Shown here: piece by piece, positions 55,852-64,000 of the stretch
Numbering within the stretch: position 1 is the stretch's first letter
Layout of the letters: each line of letters opens with the position of its first letter
Assembly (NCBI GenBank): GCA_951406725.2
Contig: OX597827.1
Coordinates: 32,364,001 to 32,428,000 of the forward strand
DNA: 64,000 nucleotides
Reading direction: 5' to 3'
Origin: Octopus vulgaris
Taxonomy: Eukaryota
Program-made: the position numbers and the translations under genes
The notes under the pieces: generated by a model
What the model was told of the DNA's origin: nothing
The model's database searches: none
The model's input: only the letters and a program-made list of their open reading frames with translations

Positions 55852-55924
55852 TGTATGTGTGTGTGTGTGTGTGTGTGTGCGTGTGTGTGTGTGTGTGTGT
55901 GTGCATGTGTGTGTGGTGAATTAA

Positions 55925-56170
55925 AAAAACAGTGAAAAGAAGAAAAGGAAAAACAAACAAAGCAATGTATTCATATGATGCTCTGAGATAGAAGAGAGTT
56001 GTTGTTTTACGTTTTAAACACAGCTCTTCGGAAACCGGAAAAAACAGGAAAGTCCAAAGGAAAAGAAGGAAGAAGGAGGAAAATCGCCAACAGTCCATGT
56101 GCCGTTACATTTCTGAAGTAACCGGAAGTAGGAGGAAGAGAAAGTGCTTTCTGGGACAGGAGAGTATAAA
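55925..56170 (-). mobile_element. PLE-like tail with decayed hammerhead (56004-56035)
   Basis: Minus GTTT-CCGAAGA-GCTGTGTTT-AAAA-CG-TA-AAAC. Confidence 0.5.
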
Positions 56171-56212
56171 GATGGTCGGTTGGTGTGTGTGAATGTGTTT
56201 GTGTGTGTGCGT

Positions 56213-56287
<75 letters not shown>

Positions 56288-56678
56288 TGTGGTATTAACT
56301 GTATGTGTGTGCTGTGTCTGTGTGAGTAGTCTATGTGAGTAGCGTGTGTTAATGTCGATCTGAGAGGTCAGCAGCTATAGTGACAGGTTTGTGAATGGGT
56401 GGGTGTGGCCGTGTACGTTGATGGAAGGGTCAATAGAGAGTTAGAGACAGTCTGGAGGGTGTATGAATGACTGATGTACATATATTAAGAATCCTCGATC
56501 GGCACTTTTCGGACGATTCTGGTGCTTGTTAGTGTATATGGTTACATTCATGTGCGTTAACTACAGCATTATAGCGGTTTAGCTCTTATTTCTCCAACGT
56601 AGGTGTTTTCTAACACCCTAGTCATATTTAGTGACATTTGTAATTCTTGTTTTGTTGAAAAATTTGAAACTGCTGTGT

Positions 56679-56718
<40 letters not shown>

Positions 56719-56754
56719 ATATGTATATGTATGTATGTATATATATGTATGTAT

Positions 56755-56842
<88 letters not shown>

Positions 56843-56845
<3 letters not shown>

Positions 56846-57131
56846 TATATAGAGGGTACTATTATTCATAGGTACCGCACGCTAGGAGGGACTTTTGCAG
56901 TCAAACCTACGTGTTTTTGCTTATATGTCTTGAGTTCGTTGCACTGAAGAGCATAGAATGCATATTCTGCATTGATTGCGAAATCACAGGTGATATGTAA
57001 CTAAATTCTGTTTTTAAATGACTCGCTTTGAAGTTTTGCATTCGGTACAATTTGTTTATTTTAGTAGTTTTGACTGCAAAAGTCCCTCCTAGCGTGCGGT
57101 ACCTATGAATAATAGTACACTCTATATAATA
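56843..57131. mobile_element. fold-back element with hammerhead in the spacer
   Basis: 68-bp inverted arms 56843-56910 / 57064-57131. Confidence 0.8.
56938..57001 (+). ncRNA. type I hammerhead ribozyme motif, intact core
   Basis: GTTGCA-CTGAAGA-GCA...TGC-GAAA-TCACagGTGA-TA-TGTAAC. Confidence 0.9.
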
Positions 57132-57383
57132 TAAATAAGTATTTTCAAAGTTGAAAAAATTTACAGATTTTTTCTCTTACGAGGTTTTTGACGCTAACTA
57201 CTGATAATTTCTTATAAAGATTTTATCCTTATTTTTAAATGTATATATATATATATATATACATGTTTGCGAGGATGATCCGGTTCTTGACTGAAGATTG
57301 AAGGCTTCGAATGTCCCGTCCGTGTTTTTTGTATCGTCTTCTAAATGTTTTGCGTTCTTGTCCCAGTTTGTATTTTTTTACAT

Positions 57384-57457
<74 letters not shown>

Positions 57458-57593
57458 CGACGCCCGTACCCTTTTTGGTCTTGTATGTAAGTACATATTT
57501 CTTTAAATTTGGTACGACTCTATAACACTGTCTCTCTCTCTCCCCTCTCCTACATTTCTCTGTCTTTCACACTTTGCACTCCACTTTGATCTG

Positions 57594-57635
<42 letters not shown>

Positions 57636-58156
57636 CTTCTTCTTCTTCTCCTCCTTTTCTCTTTTCTTGCCTCTAATTCTTTGGTCTCCTCTTCCCCCAC
57701 TCGCTCACATTTCTCTGTCTTTCTCACTTTGCACCTCACTGATTCTGTCGCCAAGCCAATCCTTGGCACGCTCTCTTTCTTCTCCCCTCTTTAATTCCTT
57801 CTTTCTCTCTCTTCTCCCCCCTTTGGTGCCTTTGTCCCTCTTTTTTTCTCTCTCTCTTTGATTCCTTTGCCCCTTTTTTCTCTCTCTTCTCCTCTCACGT
57901 GACTGCTGGTCAACCAGCCTTTCGGCTTCAGACCACCGCCACACTGCCAAAAAAGGCATTTTTTTCCAAATACGCCAGCTAAGCTAAGTTGTGCTGTCTA
58001 TAGTCGTAAGACACCCGCTGTTTTTGTCCTGTTATTACTATTATTGTTTTTTGTATTTATATTCGTGTGGTATCGTCCGTTTTTCTGTCCTTTTTTCGTA
58101 TACATTCGATCCTTTTTTCCAAGAAATCTAATGCTCGTAGCTTAGTTTTTCCTTGG

Positions 58157-58229
58157 GGCTGGCCGGATCGGAGCGATCTCAAGATTAATCAGCCGAAATT
58201 GCGAGGATGATCCGGTTCTTGACTGAAGA
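58157..58229 (+). ncRNA. putative permuted hammerhead ribozyme with kink-turn
   Basis: GGCTGG, CCGGATC, GGA, GCGA-TC-TCAAGA, TCAGCC-GAAA-TTGC, GAGGAT, GATCCGG, TCTTGA-CTGAAGA. Confidence 0.7.
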
Positions 58230-58319
58230 TTGAAGACTTCGAATGTCCCGTCCGTGTTTTTTGTATCGTCTTCTAAATGTTTTGCGTTCTTGTCCCAGTT
58301 TGTATTTTTTTACATATAC

Positions 58320-58385
<66 letters not shown>

Positions 58386-58623
58386 TGGTGTGGCTGTTGT
58401 CCGTGCAACATCGACATTCCTCCCTTTGCCTGTGAAATTTTGTATATCTGCCGTAATTTAATTCGTCCTTACTCGAAAGACATGTGTTGTTATGTCCTGT
58501 TATTATTTTTATTGTATTTGTGTAACAATGTCCGTTTTTTTTTTCGTCCTTGTTTTTGTATACATTCGCTGCTTTCTCCCAAGGAATCTAATGCTCTTAG
58601 CTTAGTTTTTTTTTGGGGGGGGG

Positions 58624-58696
58624 GGCTGGCCAGATTGGAGCAATCTCGAGTATAATCAGCCGAAATTGCGAAGATAATCTAGTACTCGACTGAGGA
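58624..58696 (+). ncRNA. putative permuted hammerhead ribozyme with kink-turn (second full copy)
   Basis: GGCTGG, CCAGATT, GGA, GCAA-TC-TCGAGTA, TCAGCC-GAAA-TTGC, GAAGAT, AATCTAG, TACTCGA-CTGAGGA. Confidence 0.7.
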
Positions 58697-58774
58697 AAGA
58701 AAACTTCGAATGACCCATCCTTGTTTTCTATGTATTGTTTATCTGGATGTTTTGTTGTCCCATATTATATATAT

Positions 58775-58830
<56 letters not shown>

Positions 58831-58849
58831 TAATACATACACCAACCCT

Positions 58850-59193
58850 ATACATACACACGTCCAGACCTCTCATACGCACTAATAGCTGGTCGTTCAA
58901 CCCTATTATCAACCCTATTATCTCCCCTTATTTCGCTCTCGCGTCTCATGTTTGATCTTTGACCTCTGGCCGAAATCAGATCGCCATGTTGATTCGTTAG
59001 TTACTGCACGCATTTTTTTTCTTTCCTTCTTTCTGTGTTTTTTTTCTCTCTGTGTATCTTTCTGTTGAAGAGCGTAGGCTCGAAACGTTAAAGACTTGTT
59101 TTATTTATATTTCCTGAGCGCCACACTAATACAATTGTTTGTTTGTTTCCCACCTGCGTTCGTCTTTTGTCTATTTTCATAAAGCTTCCCGTT
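58850..59193 (+). mobile_element. PLE 3' tail of the same family as 42241-42600, with hammerhead variant at 59057-59094
   Basis: Reverse complement match to 42241-42600; TCTTT-CTGTTGA-A-GAGCgtagGCTC-GAAACGTT-AAAGA. Confidence 0.88.
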
Positions 59194-59534
<341 letters not shown>

Positions 59535-59539
59535 ATTCT

Positions 59540-59915
59540 GTGGAGTGGTTAGGGCAACGGACTCGCGATCACAGGATCGCGATTTCGATTCCCAGACCGT
59601 GTGTTGTGAGTGTTTATTGAGCGAAAACACCTAAGGATCCACGGGGCTTCGGCAGGATGTGGTGGCGACCCCTGCTGTACTCTTTCACCATAACTTTCTC
59701 TCACTCTTTCTTCCTGTTTCTGTTGTACCTGTATTTCAAAGGGGCCAGCCTTGTCACACACTGTGTCACGCTGAATTTCCCCCGAGAACTACATTAAGGG
59801 TACACGTATCTGTAAAGTGCTCAGCCACTTGCACGTTAATTTCACGAGCAAGCTGTTCCATTGATCGGATCATCCGGAACCCTCGTCGTCGTAACCGACG
59901 GACTGCCACGACGAT
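59540..59915 (+). mobile_element. family C SINE
   Basis: AGTGGTTAGGGC A-box, TTCGATTCCC B-box, body and tail. Confidence 0.88.
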
Positions 59916-60295
59916 GCATATTCTACATTAGCATTAGAAATATCTTTAAGGAACTAAAAGCTGTTGTTATTATTCAATTTATATCTACACCGCGTTCGTA
60001 TATCTCCACTAAAGGTACAGACAACTTCATGTGCAAATCACATGACACTCGAATCCTCGCGTCATTTTGTGGATATTGCCACCATCTTTGGCAACAAACT
60101 TAAAATTAAGTCAGATATCAAACTTTCTATCTCCCTTCTTGCTTTCAATACTAAAGAACACTACGCTAAGAGTCATATACAGCGCTTCCACAGCATTTAC
60201 TGTGCACGTAGCAGACATAGTAAACCCATAGAATAATCAAAGTACCCCATTAAATGAACTGAGAGAAACAAGAAACAATATCTGACAGTTACGAA

Positions 60296-60500
60296 GGCGG
60301 CGTGTTGGCACGTCGGGTAAAATGCTAAGCGGCATTTCGTCCGGCTTCACGTTCTGAGTTCAAATTCCGCCGATATCAACTTTACCTTTCGTCCTTTTGG
60401 GGTCGATAAAATAAGTATCAGTCGTGTACTGAGGTTGATATAATCAACTACACCCTTCTTCCAGAGTTGTTGTCCTTGTTCCAAAATTTGAAATCAGTAT
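60296..60500 (+). mobile_element. family B SINE
   Basis: GGCGGCG..CTGAGTTCAAATTCCGCC..GGGGTCGATAAAATAAGTA. Confidence 0.85.
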
Positions 60501-61182
60501 ATTAGATCGAGGGTGAACAGTCTTGTCTGGAAGACATGTCTCTCCAAAAGCAAACCACAATAAAGTACATAGAACACAAACCTAAGCGCTAACAATCACA
60601 GAGCCATATTCGGTCAATTGGAAGCAACACCAACAAATATAAGAGATTTATGGCGGGTTTTATACTGGTCTTGCCTAAGAGACTAGTTTCTCCACAACAA
60701 ACCAAAATAAACTATATGGAACACACACAAGAAAAGAGCATTACATATCATAACAAGTTTTACATAAAACCGTATCTACAGATCAGCAAAACTACCAACA
60801 ATGACGGGGATATAGTTTGTTAGCGTTGATAAATTTCCAGCCGCGTCTCCTGCAGTTTCTGCCATTACGTAAAATACTGTCATCGAACCTTCTAATACAG
60901 AGTGCTACCCACATCGACATTCATAAAAATAATTTTCAGTTAAGTCAGAGAAACATCAGGAATGCATCCAGACAGAAATAGCTGCAACATTAACGGCCTC
61001 ACTGGATCCAGAAACTGTCCTAGCATGCCTACCACCAACAATAAATGCAGAAGAACAACAGTTGTTGCCCTCTAAGTCCACACTGTTCGCCGCCGCTTGT
61101 TGTGACCACCACAATATTGGACTGGACAGCGAACAGTATATTATATATCCAGACTGTTACATTGCACTGCATAGATTCGACA

Positions 61183-61340
61183 GGCGTAGGAATGGCTGTG
61201 TGGTAAGTAACTTGCTTACCACATGGTTCCGGATTTAGTCCCACTGCGTGTCACCTTGGGCAAGTGTCTTCTACTATAGCATCGGGCCGACCAAAGCCTT
61301 GTGAGTGGATTTGGTAGACGGAAACTGAAAGAAACCCGTC

Positions 61341-61405
<65 letters not shown>

Positions 61406-61572
61406 TCCCCCCCAACATCGCTTGATAACCGATGCTGGTGTGTTTACGTCCCCGTAACTTAGCGGTTCGGCAAAAAAGACCGATAGAATAAGTCCTGGGG
61501 TCGATTTGCTCGACCAAAAGCGGTGCTCCAGCATGGCCACAGTCAAATGACTGAAACAAGTAAAAGAGTAAG
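61183..61572 (+). mobile_element. family A SINE, full length
   Basis: Head, GTCACCTTGGGCAAGTGTCTT core, internal (GT)n, tail. Confidence 0.92.
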
Positions 61573-62194
61573 AGTCAGTTACTTTTTTGAACTTTTATCT
61601 GTTATGTCCTTCATCACAGTGTTGTCTCAGCTTCCGGATTTTAAGCAGATTTGATACTTCTACAATTGATCATCAGCCTTGAGCAGTGAAACAACTCACG
61701 CGTCACTGCTGGGTGCTGCCTATTTCTCTCTTGCCAGTTAATATGCATGGACGTTGCAAATTCCCTCCTCTTCATAAGTGACTTCGTGCAAAAACTAGAC
61801 AGAGGTAAAGGAAAGAAGGAAAGGGAGAAGGGGAAGGAAGAGAGTTAGAGAGACACAGGAAAAGGGGTAGATTTGGGAAAGAGGATGAGGAGAGAGATTT
61901 ATAATTCCTGAAATCTTTGAGAGTGCCGCAACAGCAATGCAAGAATGATTGGAAGAAAATTATTAAACGAAGATGTAAGGGAGATAACCCATATATACTT
62001 GTTCGTTTATAGCTCCAAGATGAATGAATGGACTAAAGGAAAACTTGTCACAAATTCGATGGAGGAGGAGGAGGTGGTGGTGGTAGTGGTGAAAGGGGAT
62101 GTAATACCATTAAAATTTATTGAATAAATTAAGTTCGTGTGATTCGGCAAAAAAAAAAGTAATTAATCTAAATTAGAATTTATTTTAAAAATAA

Positions 62195-62520
62195 GTGCAG
62201 ACATGGCTGCGTAGTTAAGAAGCTCTATCTGTAATCACACGGTTTCAAGTTCGGTTTCAGGGCGCGGCGCCTTAGGCAAAGGACTTCTGCTAAAGCTGCG
62301 AATTGACCAACGCTTTGGAGTAAGTTTGGGAGATGAAAACTGAGTGGAATCTCGTAGTTGTACCTGTGATTCGATGGAGCAGCCTTGTCACATTCTGTGT
62401 CATACTAAATTCCCCAGAGAACTATGTTAGAGGCACGCGTATCTGTGGGGTGCTCAGCCACTTGCACGTTAATTTCACGAGCTGGAACACTTGTCGTCGT
62501 AATCGACGGAGTGCCCAGCC
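62195..62520 (+). mobile_element. chimeric SINE: family A head plus family C tail
   Basis: 62195-62360 resembles family A; 62380-62515 matches 59745-59905. Confidence 0.65.
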
Positions 62521-62607
62521 TGGGTAGGCACTTACTTACCTAAGGTGCCACGTAGTGAGACTGAACCTAAAAGTACATGTTTGCGAAAAGAAAAAAACTG
62601 AAGAGAA

Positions 62608-62710
62608 AGTAATAAATAAATAGTAAAAATAAATAAATAAATAGTAAATAGTAAATATAAATAAATAATAAATAGTAAATAGTAAATAATAAATAAATAG
62701 TAAAAATAGT
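62608..62710. repeat. AT-rich low-complexity tandem (AAAT/AAATAGT)
   Basis: Degenerate tandem array. Confidence 0.8.
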
Positions 62711-64000
62711 TTAACCAATGAACGACAACAAATAAGTGTTCACGTGTGTAGTGTAAGGGAGATAACTCTAGTATAAAATGTTGCAATAATTTTTAAAATA
62801 ACGATTTGGGCATAATTAGAAACTAAACATAAATTAAAAACAAAGGAAACAAGTTGACGATGAAACAAGTTCCTCTACCCACATTTTCCCATCCACATCT
62901 TTACCATATGAGGCCCTAACAGAATCCGATAATAGATACTATGCATTTTAAAGACTGTCGAAAATGATTTTTCAAACTAATATTTGATTTAATTCTAAAA
63001 CCATATATATTCCCAATATTACATTTAATGATATATTTCATTATATGGAGTGGTTAATTACACCGAAATAAATTACAATATAATTCATAAGTCAAAGAAA
63101 GAAAAAGAAAATAAGCGAAAATGCATTCGTCTGGAGTCTGTGTTCGTCTGAGGCCCCTGTTGATAAAGTGGTCCAATGCCGTGTTTACTTGTCCAACAAG
63201 AAGTTGTACCCACGTGGTTGTCCACGGTGAACTTGTCCCATCCTGGGTCCGACTTTTTTTTTCAATTTAGATTTCATTATCTTGGATCATTCTGAAAGGT
63301 TAGTCAAAAAATTACACTTACTCATTCCCCATTTCAGTTGTCATATTGTTATGTCTCTGTTTTCTCACTTTGTCTTTAATTCGTATTTCTGCCTTAAATC
63401 TCTTCCGTCGGTTGTCCTTGAAAAGAAAATTAAAATTGTCGAATTTGTTTCATAAACCACGACCTACAGTACAAAACAGAAGGGAACATATAGCAACTGC
63501 TTGCTGGAATCCCTGTGTGTCTACCGAAATTCCTCGGGATGGTGTTGACGTCGGAAGAATATAGAAACTTTCGACGGAAAGAAAATAATATTTCGGACGG
63601 TGAATCTCGAAGCACATAAAGCCATACCTTGTTAATATTGGGTTAAAAATAAAATCCACTTGGACAGAAAAAGTCGAAAGCTTCGGGTAGGACTCGAACT
63701 CACATCTATTTACGAAATATGTATTATTCGAGTCCCAGGGTAGTCTTCGACGGCGGAAGTAAAGAATACGCACCCGGGGTGGTTAGGGTTAGGTTATCTC
63801 CACCGCCTTCAGCTTTTCCTATCCAAGGGTATTTGGCAATATATCGGGGGGGGGGGGGGGGGCGGTTTAGGAAAAGTGAAATTATTTGTTCGTCAAGTTC
63901 CCTATAAAGTGAAAAACACGGTCGCACACTCATTCATTGTCATTCGTTTTGCACGAGCAACTTCAACAGTAACACGCACTCACTCACACATATATAGATA

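Larger units (their letters stand above)
57267..58762 (+). mobile_element. tandem PLE-like terminal repeats separated by (TA)n
   Basis: Units 57267-57380 (partial), 57457-58312 and 58384-58762 share a 3' segment; CT-rich tract and CACGTGAC as in other PLE tails; the PLE assignment is inferred. Confidence 0.65.

Noticed and set aside
58157-58250. Reading the motif as a SECIS element, HDV-like ribozyme or ordinary type I/III hammerhead
   Set aside because: No AUGA/GA SECIS core, no HDV P3/L3/P1.1 arrangement, and the GAAT after CUGANGA has no stem III partner; the permuted fit explains all pairings better
60000-61170. Possible decayed PLE coding remnant (also 22340-22950 and 27560-28100)
   Set aside because: Only faint motif resemblance by eye; not supportable without a profile search
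63100-64000. GC-richer segment with GGTTAGGGTTAGG and a G-run
   Set aside because: No terminal repeats, ORF or structure could be assigned within the window

Overview
Eukaryotic, AT-rich, gene-poor window made almost entirely of microsatellites and transposable elements. The SINE repertoire suggests an octopus (cephalopod) genome; this is an inference. No confident host gene was found, and nearly all listed ORFs are microsatellite translations. Recognisable elements: a decayed Tc1 transposon (4.4-5.7 kb); R4/Dong-type RLE retrotransposon pieces ending in (AAT)n; a near full-length Tx1/L1-clade LINE plus truncated copies in (GATA)n (45-51 kb); a Penelope-like (PLE) GIY-YIG element (42-44 kb) and many PLE-like tails and fold-backs carrying hammerhead ribozyme motifs; hAT, mariner, Tigger, Helitron and Merlin-like non-autonomous elements; and more than 30 tRNA-derived SINEs. 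Three signals stand out. (1) A tandemly repeated RNA motif at 58.1-58.7 kb contains all hammerhead core elements in a non-circularly permuted order, joined by a Kt-7-like kink-turn, with compensatory changes between copies. (2) A 17-nt complementarity pairs the ORF1-stop/ORF2-start junction of the Tx1 LINE with the end of ORF2 3.4 kb away. (3) Several fold-back insertions enclose hammerheads. All structures were read by eye, and element boundaries are approximate unless TIRs or TSDs are quoted.
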